DNA from: Dehalococcoidia bacterium
GTDB taxonomy: Bacteria; Chloroflexota; Dehalococcoidia; Lucifugimonadales; JAGWBF01
Assembly: GCA_965207935.1 (NCBI GenBank)
Contig: CBDBNM010000001.1
Span: 67,614 to 131,613 of the forward strand
Reading direction: 5' to 3'
Length of the DNA: 64,000 nt
The translations under genes and the position numbers were made by a program. Below the pieces are notes generated by a model. It saw nothing but the letters and a program-made list of their open reading frames with translations, ran no database searches and was not told the origin of the DNA. This document shows positions 19,958 through 28,207 of this stretch, piece by piece. Numbering within the stretch: the first letter of the stretch is position 1; every line of letters starts with the position of its first letter.

Positions 19958-20090
19958 GGCACTTCTCCTGGTAAGTGGGGAAAGTTGGCGGCTATTGGTA
20001 GGGGCTTGGCGACGATTGTAGCAAAGAACAGGTCTAATGAACATCACTGCTAGCCCCCTTAAGTTACGGCATGGGCCAGCAAAAGTTGAG

Positions 20091-20098
20091 TGTATAAT
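20091..20098 (+). promoter_or_regulatory. extended -10 box TGTATAAT upstream of glycerate kinase
   Basis: Ends 9 nt before ATG 20108, implying a very short or absent leader. Confidence 0.35.
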
Positions 20099-20107
20099 TG
20101 CCCCACT

Positions 20108-21346
20108 ATGCCCAATCTCCCCACACTGAAAGTAGTCGTAGCCCCTCAGACCTTCCGCGGTGGACTCCCCGGGATGGAGGTGGCCAAGGCCATTCAGGAG
20201 GGGGTCGTCAGTGGATGGCCGGGGGCGGAGACGGTGCTGGTTCCCGTGGCGGACGGAGGGGATGGCACCCTGGATGCCCTGGTGAGGAGCACCGGGGGCG
20301 AGCAGTTCGTTTCCCGGGTTAGGGGTCCCCTCCAGGAGCCGGTGTCGGCCGTTTGGGGCGTGATGGGAGATGGGGAGACGGCCGTCATCGAGATGTCCAA
20401 GGCTTCCGGCCTCGCCCTGATCCCGCACCGGCGTCGCAATCCCCGCATAACCAGCACCCACGGCACCGGCGAGCTCATCGCGGAAGCTCTCCACAAGGGA
20501 TACCGCAAGATAATCGTGGGCATGGGAGGGAGCGCCACCAACGACGGCGGGGTCGGGATGGCTCAAGCCCTGGGAGTGCACTTCCTCGATTCCAGCGGCA
20601 ACGAGCTGTCCCCAGGCGGGGCGGCCCTCTCCAAGCTGGCAAAGATCGACACTTCGGACCGGGATGTGAATATATCCGATGCCAGCATCACCGCTGCCAG
20701 CGACGTTTCCAACCCGCTGTGCGGGCCGGGGGGCGCCTCCATGGTGTACGGGCCTCAGAAGGGGGCGACTCCCGAGGTGACTTCTGAGCTGGATACAGCC
20801 TTGGAGCACTACGCCAGGGTCATCAACCGCACCTTGGGCTTGGACGTCAAGGACATTCCGGGGGCGGGGGCCGCAGGCGGCCTAGGCGCCGGGCTGATCG
20901 CCTTTCTGGATGCCGAGGTCAAGTCGGGCGCGGACATCGTGCGGGATGTGCTGGACCTGGACGCCTTTCTGGACGGGGCAGACTTGGTGATCACCGGTGA
21001 GGGCCGGGTGGACAGCTCCACCGCCTTCGATAAAGCTCCCGTCGGCGTTGCCAAGCTGGCAAAGTCCAGGGGCATACCAGTGATCCTGCTGACCGGGAGC
21101 CTGGGCACCGGCTACGAGAGTGTATATCAGCATGGTGTTGACGGCGTGGTCGCGGTCCTGGACAGGCCCATGAGGTTCGACGAAAGCCTGAAGCGGAGCT
21201 ACGTGTTGCTGCGGAGCGCCGCCGAACGCACCATGCATCTGCTCAGGGTAGGAGCAAAGCTGCCGGCGGGTCCCGGTCTCTCTTTGGCAGGCGCACTTGA
21301 GCAGAGCGGCGTCTCTGTTGAAGACGGGAGTCGGGGCACGGACTAG
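20108..21346 (+). CDS. glxK: glycerate kinase
   Basis: N-terminus KVVVAPQTFRG...VPVADGGDGTLDAL and C-terminal LVITGEGRVDSST. ATG 20108 is preferred over the track start at 20090, which overlaps a TGTATAAT box. Confidence 0.85.
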   Translation: MPNLPTLKVVVAPQTFRGGLPGMEVAKAIQEGVVSGWPGAETVLVPVADGGDGTLDALVRSTGGEQFVSRVRGPLQEPVSAVWGVMGDGETAVIEMSKASGLALIPHRRRNPRITSTHGTGELIAEALHKGYRKIIVGMGGSATNDGGVGMAQALGVHFLDSSGNELSPGGAALSKLAKIDTSDRDVNISDASITAASDVSNPLCGPGGASMVYGPQKGATPEVTSELDTALEHYARVINRTLGLDVKDIPGAGAAGGLGAGLIAFLDAEVKSGADIVRDVLDLDAFLDGADLVITGEGRVDSSTAFDKAPVGVAKLAKSRGIPVILLTGSLGTGYESVYQHGVDGVVAVLDRPMRFDESLKRSYVLLRSAAERTMHLLRVGAKLPAGPGLSLAGALEQSGVSVEDGSRGTD

Positions 21347-21750
21347 GCGAGCATCTGCACCTTCACAAAGCTGATGACCTCTTCGGCGATGTAGATGGCC
21401 CGCTCGCCATCTTCCTGGTCGTAGGCATCGGAGGGTATTCCCCCGGGAAGCAGGTGGGGGTAGCGGGTTAGGTCGTGGTACTTGTCCAGCAGTATGGCCA
21501 GGGACTTGATGGCTTCGAACATCCCGTTGAACACCTTGGCATCTTCGCACAGGTCGGCCAGGGAATGGCCCCACACATCCTCGGCCCCCTGGGCGTACAG
21601 GAAAGCCTTCAGCGCCTTCTCACCAGCCTGCTGCCCCAGGAAGCAGGCCATGTTGTGGCGTCCGCCCTCCTGAAGGTACCTGGCGTCAGCTAGGTCTCTT
21701 TCCGCTTGGGCCAGCCACCGCTGCCCTTCGTTACCGGCATCAGGTGTCAA
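21343..21750 (-). CDS. HEPN domain protein (toxin-like partner of a HEPN/MNT pair)
   Basis: HEPN pattern AERDLADARYL...QQAGEKALKAFLY...GHSL...LTRYP. 11-nt overlap with the upstream MNT gene. Confidence 0.75.
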   Translation of the reverse strand: MTPDAGNEGQRWLAQAERDLADARYLQEGGRHNMACFLGQQAGEKALKAFLYAQGAEDVWGHSLADLCEDAKVFNGMFEAIKSLAILLDKYHDLTRYPHLLPGGIPSDAYDQEDGERAIYIAEEVISFVKVQMLA

Positions 21751-22081
21751 AGACCAGCCGTCCCATCTTCAGCGCATTTCGCAGGTAGGGGTTGGTGTCC
21801 TTGTGGGCGTCGAACTCCTCGGGCGTGTAAACCATGTAGGTGGTGCCTATCATGGGGGATAGATGGCTGGAGAAGTAGTCAGAGCGTCGGTGGAAGTACC
21901 CTGGGATGTCCTGGACGATGACCATCTCCAGGCGGCTGTCGGGCTGGACTTTGTCCAGTGCCATGTCCCCTACCAGGTAAGCCTGCTCGACACCCAATTG
22001 GGGGAACATCTCCAGGATGCGCTCAAGCTCAGCCTCCAGCATCTGCTTCCTTCGAGGGGCAAAGCCGATCCTGGCAGGCAT
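21740..22081 (-). CDS. minimal nucleotidyltransferase (MNT, Pol-beta superfamily), motif-divergent
   Basis: 113 aa. LVGDMALDKVQPDSRLEMVIV aligns to the canonical GSxxRG...DSDIDLLV region. Paired with the HEPN gene. Confidence 0.65.
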   Translation of the reverse strand: MPARIGFAPRRKQMLEAELERILEMFPQLGVEQAYLVGDMALDKVQPDSRLEMVIVQDIPGYFHRRSDYFSSHLSPMIGTTYMVYTPEEFDAHKDTNPYLRNALKMGRLVFDT

Positions 22082-22084
22082 GGG

Positions 22085-22825
22085 CTACCCGGCCTTTCCC
22101 TCATCCAACATCACCAGGTGTACCTCCTTGGGACCATGGACGCCGATGACTATCTTCTGCTCGATGTCCGCCGTTCGGCTGGGCCCGGTGATGAAGTTCA
22201 GGTAGCTGCCCATGTTCCTGTCCCCTTCGTAGTAGGCCAAGCGCCGTAACAGGAACAGGTCATCCAAGGTGCCCACCACCTCGTGGGGTCGGACGATAGC
22301 TATGTGGGCCGGAGGAGCAAGGGAGGCCAACCGGGCCACCCCAGCCCTGGGCACCACCACCACCGAGCCGGTCTCGGCCACGGCGTAGTCCACGCCCGTG
22401 ATTCCCACCCCGGCCATGGCCGCTGTGTCCTTCATCTCTTGCCTGGAGCTGCCCCCACTCTGGGCCATTACTGCCGTTTCCACACCCTCGGCGCCCAGGG
22501 CGGCATCTACGGGCATCGCGTCGAACACATCCTGGTCGGATCGGACAACCCTCGGGGCCTCGGCAGAGGAAGCCACGTTGCAGATGTACGCCAAGCCCTC
22601 TTCGACACCTGACGCACGGCACACGTTCCAGCCCCGCTTGGCCGCTGTATCGCCGAGGCGCTCCCAAAGCTCGGAGCGTTCCCTCTCCAGTCTCTCCACG
22701 GCGTCAGCGGCCCGCTCGCGGATGCTGTCCAGGGCCTCATCCAAGGGGGTGTAAGGCTCGGTAAGCGCACGGGAGGGTTTGCCGAGAGAGGCCTGCACCA
22801 TGTCCAGGAAATCTGCGGCCTTCAC
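22085..22825 (-). CDS. lutC: lactate utilization protein C (LUD/DUF162 domain)
   Basis: GTG start forms a GTGA overlap with the lutB stop. LUD-domain pattern (GVTGVDYAVAETGSVVV). The 423-aa track ORF is an over-extension into lutB. Confidence 0.75.
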   Translation of the reverse strand: MKAADFLDMVQASLGKPSRALTEPYTPLDEALDSIRERAADAVERLERERSELWERLGDTAAKRGWNVCRASGVEEGLAYICNVASSAEAPRVVRSDQDVFDAMPVDAALGAEGVETAVMAQSGGSSRQEMKDTAAMAGVGITGVDYAVAETGSVVVVPRAGVARLASLAPPAHIAIVRPHEVVGTLDDLFLLRRLAYYEGDRNMGSYLNFITGPSRTADIEQKIVIGVHGPKEVHLVMLDEGKAG

Positions 22826-24303
22826 GACTTGCCTCCCTTGGCGCCATTCTGTGAAGCTTGGGCGTTCTCTTTGGAGAGCTCCTTGTCCCAGATATCTCTG
22901 AAGGACTCCCTGGGGATGGCCCGCATGTCCCTGGCCTTGGTCCAGCGGCCGAAGGGAGGGAAGGGTATTTTCCTGATCCAGCCCTTTCTCGCCACCGCCA
23001 TTTGGGTCACCCGCCCGACCTTTCTCGCCAGGGACATCATCTTGGGCGTGCCCATGAGCAATCGGTACCCGTGCCCCATGGCGGAATCCATAAGGCTGGC
23101 CTTGCGTCGGCCATCCTCGTCGCCCTCCATGAGCCGGGAGCGCAGGGTGAGCAGCATATGGGGCAGGTTGATCTTTACGGGACAGACCTCCCTGCATGCA
23201 CCGCACAGGGACGAAGCAAAGGGCAAATCCTTGGCCTTGTCCAAGCCCACAAGCACAGGGTCGATCACCGCGCCGATGGGGCCGGGATACACCCAGCCGT
23301 AGGCATGGCCCCCGACCTTGCGATAGACGGGGCAGATGTTCAGGCATGCGCCGCACCGGATGCAGGACAGTGCCCCCCGCAGCTTCTCGTCCTTCAGCAG
23401 GCGCGACCTGCCGTTGTTGACGATTACCAGGTGGAACTCCTCGGGGCCGTCCTCCTCGGTGGGCGCCCTCGGGCCCGAGACCATGGACACGTAGCTGGTC
23501 AGGCGCTGGCCGGTGGCCGCCCGGGGCAATAGGCGCAGGAAGACAGCCAGGTCCTCCAGAGATGGGACCACCTTTTCCATTCCCGTCAGGGCTACGTGAA
23601 TGCGTGGGGACGAGGTGCAGAACCTGCCGTTGCCCTCGTTGGTCACGATAACCAGCGTCCCCGTCTCGGCTACCAGGAAGTTGGCCCCGGAGATGCCCAT
23701 GTCCGCCTGCAGCAGGTCGTTCCTGAGGACTTCCCTTGCAGTCTCCGCCAAATCCTCGATCTCGACCAAGCCGGGTTTATCAATCTTCTCGGCGAACAGC
23801 TCGGAAACGTCCTCCTTGGTCTTGTGGATGGCGGGCCCAACGATGTGGAAGGGCGTCTCGTCGGCAAGCTGGATGATGTACTCGCCCAGGTCCGTTTCGA
23901 CAGAGCGTATCCCCAGGGCTTCCAGGGAGTGGTTGAGGCCCATCTCCTCGGAGACCATGGACTTGCTCTTGGTGACCGTCTTGGCGCCCCGGCTCAGGGC
24001 CAGGTCGGAAATGATCTCGTTGGCTTCCTGAGCATCGGCGGCGAAGTGTACCTGTCCGCCGTTGGCGGTAACCCGGTTGTAGAGCATCTCAAGGTAGTAG
24101 TCCAGGTTCTCGAGGGTGTGCTCTTTGATCCGGCGGGCACGCTCCCTCAGCTCCTGCCAGCGCTCCTCGCCCAGCTCTTCGATGGCGTCCATGCGGGCGC
24201 TGTCGAAGCCTCCTCCGGCCCGCTTCAGGGCCGCCTGGAGCTGGGGGTTGCCGACTGCCCGCCGGGATGCGGGCACGAACTCCTTGGTCTTTATCTCTGC
24301 CAA
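22822..24303 (-). CDS. lutB: lactate utilization protein B (iron-sulfur, LUD domain + 2x4Fe-4S)
   Basis: Ferredoxin motifs CIRCGACLNICP and CGACREVCP. N-terminal LUD domain. Confidence 0.85.
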   Translation of the reverse strand: MAEIKTKEFVPASRRAVGNPQLQAALKRAGGGFDSARMDAIEELGEERWQELRERARRIKEHTLENLDYYLEMLYNRVTANGGQVHFAADAQEANEIISDLALSRGAKTVTKSKSMVSEEMGLNHSLEALGIRSVETDLGEYIIQLADETPFHIVGPAIHKTKEDVSELFAEKIDKPGLVEIEDLAETAREVLRNDLLQADMGISGANFLVAETGTLVIVTNEGNGRFCTSSPRIHVALTGMEKVVPSLEDLAVFLRLLPRAATGQRLTSYVSMVSGPRAPTEEDGPEEFHLVIVNNGRSRLLKDEKLRGALSCIRCGACLNICPVYRKVGGHAYGWVYPGPIGAVIDPVLVGLDKAKDLPFASSLCGACREVCPVKINLPHMLLTLRSRLMEGDEDGRRKASLMDSAMGHGYRLLMGTPKMMSLARKVGRVTQMAVARKGWIRKIPFPPFGRWTKARDMRAIPRESFRDIWDKELSKENAQASQNGAKGGKS

Positions 24304-24344
24304 GGCGTACTCTCCGCAGCTTTATGCCGGTGATGTCCCATGCG

Positions 24345-25148
24345 CTATCCCTCTGCGCTTTCCAGCACCTGCGCTAGGTGCAAGGGCGTGATGGTGCTTC
24401 CCCGACGCCTGAGGGCCCCTTCCATGTGCATCAGGCAGCTAACGTCGCATCCCACGAGGGTTGAAGCCCCCGATGCCTTCAGGCTTTCCAGCTTGTCCTC
24501 CAGCATACCCTCGGATATGTGAGGGTACTTTACCGAGAAGGTGCCTCCGAACCCGCAACAGGTCCTGGCCTGCTCAACCTCTACCAGGTCTATGCCGTCA
24601 ACCTGTTTCAAAAGCTGGACAGGCTCATCCTCAACCTCCAACTCCCGAAGGAGATGGCAGGAAGGATGATAGGCTACCTTTCCGGCGTACCTACCGCCCA
24701 CGTCGGTAACGCCAAGGACTTTGACCAGGAACTCGGACAGCTCATACACCCGGCTGCCCAGCTCGGTTGCTCGGTGCTGGAGGTCGGGATTATCTTCGAA
24801 AAGGGACGGGTAGAACACCCGCATCATGCTGGTGCAGGACCCCGATGGGACCACGATGTAGGCGTTGTCGTCCTCCTCCAGCAGCGGCCCGAAGGTGTCC
24901 AGCACCCGGCGGGCCAGGTGCCTGGCATCGTTGGTGAAGCCCGAGTTGAAGACAGCTTGCCCGCAGCAGGTCTGGTCCTTGGGGAACTCCACCTCCACGC
25001 CCAAGCGGCGCAGCAGGCGCACGCAGCTTACCCCCACCTCTGGATAAAGCTGGTCCACAAGGCAGGTTACGTACAGGTAGGCGCGCGGGGAGCCGCGTCC
25101 CCCGCCGTTGTCTTTGTGCCCACTCGGGGCTGTGGTCTGGCCTGCCAC
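24345..25148 (-). CDS. lutA: lactate utilization protein A (CCG-domain Fe-S oxidoreductase)
   Basis: Two CCG motifs (KDQTCCGQ and ARTCCGFGG) and the YVTCLVD N-terminal pattern. Confidence 0.85.
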   Translation of the reverse strand: MAGQTTAPSGHKDNGGGRGSPRAYLYVTCLVDQLYPEVGVSCVRLLRRLGVEVEFPKDQTCCGQAVFNSGFTNDARHLARRVLDTFGPLLEEDDNAYIVVPSGSCTSMMRVFYPSLFEDNPDLQHRATELGSRVYELSEFLVKVLGVTDVGGRYAGKVAYHPSCHLLRELEVEDEPVQLLKQVDGIDLVEVEQARTCCGFGGTFSVKYPHISEGMLEDKLESLKASGASTLVGCDVSCLMHMEGALRRRGSTITPLHLAQVLESAEG

Positions 25149-25239
25149 CGAAAGTATCCCCTCTTGAAGAACTGGCTACGAATTGTGCGGCAAAGGTTAC
25201 CAGAGACGTTCTTGGCTGGCAAACCTGAAAGGGTCTCCC

Positions 25240-25267
25240 TTGACGGCACACATGAGACAACTATAAT
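25240..25267 (+). promoter_or_regulatory. sigma70-like promoter TTGACG-N16-TATAAT upstream of the GMC oxidoreductase
   Basis: Near-consensus hexamers with 16-nt spacing, in the divergent lutA/GMC intergenic region. Confidence 0.5.
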
Positions 25268-25332
25268 TGGGTGGAATGCAGGGGTAAGCCAAACCCGGGC
25301 GCCGTACTTGGCGCAGTTAGGGGTGTAAGCAG

Positions 25333-26928
25333 ATGGCCCTGACCTACGACTACATAGTCGTTGGCGCCGGCTCCGCGGGAGCCATCCTCGCGTCTCGTCT
25401 CACCGAAGACCCGGACACCTCGGTGCTCCTCCTGGAGGCAGGCCCCGACTATCCCGACTTGGACAACCTCCCCGACGAGCTCAAGTACGGGAGCTACTCC
25501 TCTACTCCAGGCCCCACCCTTCGCTCCAGGGGAGGGCACCCCATCTCCCTGGCAACCAGCGTTCACAACTGGCAGTTCACAGCCACCTCGACGCCGAAAG
25601 CGCCGCCCATGCATGTCCCAAGGGGGAAGGTGACCGGCGGCTCCAGCGCCATTAACCGGGCAGGGTACCGGCGGGGCATTCCCGAGGACTACGATGCTTG
25701 GGCCGACGAGGGCAACGACCTCTGGGGTTATGACACTGTACTCCCCTTCTTCAAGGTGCTGGAGGGGGACCCCGACACCGGAAACGAGAGCGGTCCCGTA
25801 GCGATCCGGCGCTCCCATAAGGAAGATTGGGACGCCGCCAAGGAAGCCTTCTACAACGCCTGCCTGGAAGCGGGTTTTCCCGACAGCCCCGTACCCAGCG
25901 AGCCTCAATCTACGGGCGTTGGCCCCAGCTCCACCAACACGCGGGAGGGGGTGCGATACAGCACCGCCATAACCCACCTGAGCCAGTCCCGCCACCGCTT
26001 GAACCTCACCATCAGGCCCAACAGTCGCGCCCACAGGGTCATCTTCGATGGCAACAGGGCGATAGGCGTCGAAGTGGAGAGCGGGGGCGAGGTCTTCTCG
26101 GTGTTCGGCAAGGAGACCATCCTCAGCGCAGGCGCCATCGTGTCCCCCCAGATTCTGATGCTGTCAGGCATCGGACCTGCCCGTCACCTGTCGGACATTG
26201 GCATTCCCGTGCTGCACGATTCTCCGGGGGTGGGCCAGCACCTGAAAGACCATCCCAAGCTCTACACCAGCTGGACCAACAAGCCGGGGGCGAGTCTCAA
26301 GGCATCGGGAGGCGTCCAGCTTCGTTATACCGCCACAGGCTCGCCCTACCGCAATGACGTCATGATTAACGTCACATCCGTTTCGGGCCGCCGGATAAAC
26401 CCGGCCACAGGAGAGCACATCGGCAAGACCAACGCCGACACCGGCCCCATCGGCACCGACCTAGTGGTGGGGCTGATGCGCCCGGTAAGCACGGGCAGCC
26501 TGACCCTCGGATCGGCGGACCCCAACGCACAGCCCGTGATGAATTACAACTTCCTTTCGGACCCCTTCGACCTGCAGCGCGCCCGGGAAGCTGTCCGCCT
26601 TTGCATCAGCCTCTCGGAGCACCAGGACTTCAGGGATGTCCTGGATCAACGGCTGGACCCAACGGACGCCGACCTGGCAAACGACGGTGCCCTGGATGAA
26701 TGGCTGATGCGGGAGGTGGGCACCTACTCCCACATCTCAGGCACATGCAAGATGGGGCCGGACTCGGACCCCATGGCTGTGGTGGACCAGCAGGGCAAGG
26801 TGCGAGGGACCGAGAACCTGCGGGTGGTGGATGCATCCATCATGCCCGACCTCGTGCGGGCCGCCATCAATCCCACAGTGATGATGATGGCTGAACGACT
26901 GGTGGGCCACATCAAGGGCGGACACTGA
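25333..26928 (+). CDS. GMC-family FAD oxidoreductase (choline dehydrogenase-like)
   Basis: FAD fingerprint DYIVVGAGSAGAILASRL and C-terminal GMC motif (HISGTCKMG...VVDASIMP). Confidence 0.85.
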   Translation: MALTYDYIVVGAGSAGAILASRLTEDPDTSVLLLEAGPDYPDLDNLPDELKYGSYSSTPGPTLRSRGGHPISLATSVHNWQFTATSTPKAPPMHVPRGKVTGGSSAINRAGYRRGIPEDYDAWADEGNDLWGYDTVLPFFKVLEGDPDTGNESGPVAIRRSHKEDWDAAKEAFYNACLEAGFPDSPVPSEPQSTGVGPSSTNTREGVRYSTAITHLSQSRHRLNLTIRPNSRAHRVIFDGNRAIGVEVESGGEVFSVFGKETILSAGAIVSPQILMLSGIGPARHLSDIGIPVLHDSPGVGQHLKDHPKLYTSWTNKPGASLKASGGVQLRYTATGSPYRNDVMINVTSVSGRRINPATGEHIGKTNADTGPIGTDLVVGLMRPVSTGSLTLGSADPNAQPVMNYNFLSDPFDLQRAREAVRLCISLSEHQDFRDVLDQRLDPTDADLANDGALDEWLMREVGTYSHISGTCKMGPDSDPMAVVDQQGKVRGTENLRVVDASIMPDLVRAAINPTVMMMAERLVGHIKGGH

Positions 26929-27005
26929 TCTAGCGAAACGACTCTTCGGATTCCATCCAATGTCAGAGCGCAGCTCTTTGGGAACAAAAACCTAATCTCA
27001 GGAGG

Positions 27006-28112
27006 GTGACAATGGTAGATACCAATCTGGAGCTCATTATTGATGGCGACGGCCACATCATGGAGGATAACGCTGCCATAGCGAAGCATATGCCTCCCTA
27101 CTACGGGACCCCGGGAGCGCTGGACCTGCGGGCCATGTTCCCGCCCATCGACCACCTGCACACAGCCCACTTCGCCACCACCATCGGCAGGGAGGTGCGA
27201 GGCAACAAGCAGGTCGGGCCGGATGAGTGGTTCCAGTTCCTGGAAGATGTGGGAATCGACCAGACCGTCCTCTATCCCAGCGGAGGCTTGGGCTACGGCA
27301 AGGTGGTCAACCGGGACTATGCCATAGCCGTCTGCAAAGCCTATAACAACTGGCTGTATGAGACCTATCTGCAGAAGAGCGACCGCTTCAAGGGAGTGGC
27401 CCTGATCCCCATGCAGGAACCCGAAGCGGCCATTGAAGAGCTGAGGCGGGCGGTCAACGACCTGGGAATGGTGGGCACCATGCTGCCTTCCCGGGGCCTT
27501 GCCCTGCACCTGGGCGCCAAGGAGTACTGGCCTGTGTACGCCGAGGCGGAGCGTTTGAACGTTTCCATAGCAATCCATGGCGGCTGCCACGACGGCATGG
27601 GGATGGACCACCTCAACGTCTTCGAGCCGGTGGTTGCTCTCGGGCACTCCTTCGGCATAATAATCGCCTTCGGCGCCATGATGTATAACGGCGTCTTCGA
27701 CCGCTTCCCCGGCATCCGGGTCGCCTTCCTGGAAGGCGGAGTTGGCTGGCTGCCCTTCTGCATCGAGCGCTTCGAGCGCATGCACGAGACCCGGAAGGAG
27801 ATAGCCATCCGCAAGGATGAGCTCCTGGGTCCCGCCGACGATGAGAGCATCGCCGACTACATCCGCAAGCATGTGAAGGCCCGGCGCATCTTCATCGGCT
27901 GCGAGGGGCACGAGCCGACCCTGGCCCATGCGGTGTCGGAGCTGGGGAACGAGCCCTTCTTCTTCTCCTCGGACTTCCCCCACGAGGTGGACGAGAAGTT
28001 CTGCCGTCACGAGATAGGGGAGATACGGGAGCAGGAAGGGCTTTCGGACACCGACAAGGAAGCGATCCTGCACAAGAACGCTGCCGTCTTCTACAACCTG
28101 AGCATCAACTAG
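27006..28112 (+). CDS. amidohydrolase-2 family hydrolase
   Basis: IIDGDGHIME start pattern, with later HGG/HxxxG and SDFPH motifs. ATG 27012, 5 nt after a GGAGGG RBS, is the likelier start. Confidence 0.75.
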   Translation: MTMVDTNLELIIDGDGHIMEDNAAIAKHMPPYYGTPGALDLRAMFPPIDHLHTAHFATTIGREVRGNKQVGPDEWFQFLEDVGIDQTVLYPSGGLGYGKVVNRDYAIAVCKAYNNWLYETYLQKSDRFKGVALIPMQEPEAAIEELRRAVNDLGMVGTMLPSRGLALHLGAKEYWPVYAEAERLNVSIAIHGGCHDGMGMDHLNVFEPVVALGHSFGIIIAFGAMMYNGVFDRFPGIRVAFLEGGVGWLPFCIERFERMHETRKEIAIRKDELLGPADDESIADYIRKHVKARRIFIGCEGHEPTLAHAVSELGNEPFFFSSDFPHEVDEKFCRHEIGEIREQEGLSDTDKEAILHKNAAVFYNLSIN

Positions 28113-28120
28113 GATCGAGA

Positions 28121-28158
28121 GGCCGGGGGAAGGAGTGCTCTAGCTTCCGCCCCCGGCC
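28121..28158 (+). terminator. GC-rich hairpin after the amidohydrolase-2 gene
   Basis: GGCCGGGGG ... CCCCCGGCC arms (9 bp, extendable through GAAG/CTTC) followed by TTCTC. The T tract is weak. Confidence 0.45.
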
Positions 28159-28207
28159 TTCTCATGCCTGTCCCCTTTGGCGAAGATAGCATGCTACCTA
28201 TCCATGG

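Noticed and set aside
17217-20809. Very long versions of the two M20 ORFs (519 and 731 aa in the track), and similar N-terminal over-extensions at 22085-23356, 38543-39757, 37603-38103, 43122-43718 and 48161-49621
   Set aside because: The extensions are Arg/Pro/Gly-rich, overlap neighbouring genes or promoters, and lack similarity to the family. Internal ATG/GTG starts with RBS-like purine runs give family-typical lengths.
26724-28073. 449-aa minus-strand ORF opposite the amidohydrolase-2 gene
   Set aside because: The plus strand encodes a recognisable amidohydrolase-2 protein with an RBS. The antisense product is low-complexity with no motifs.
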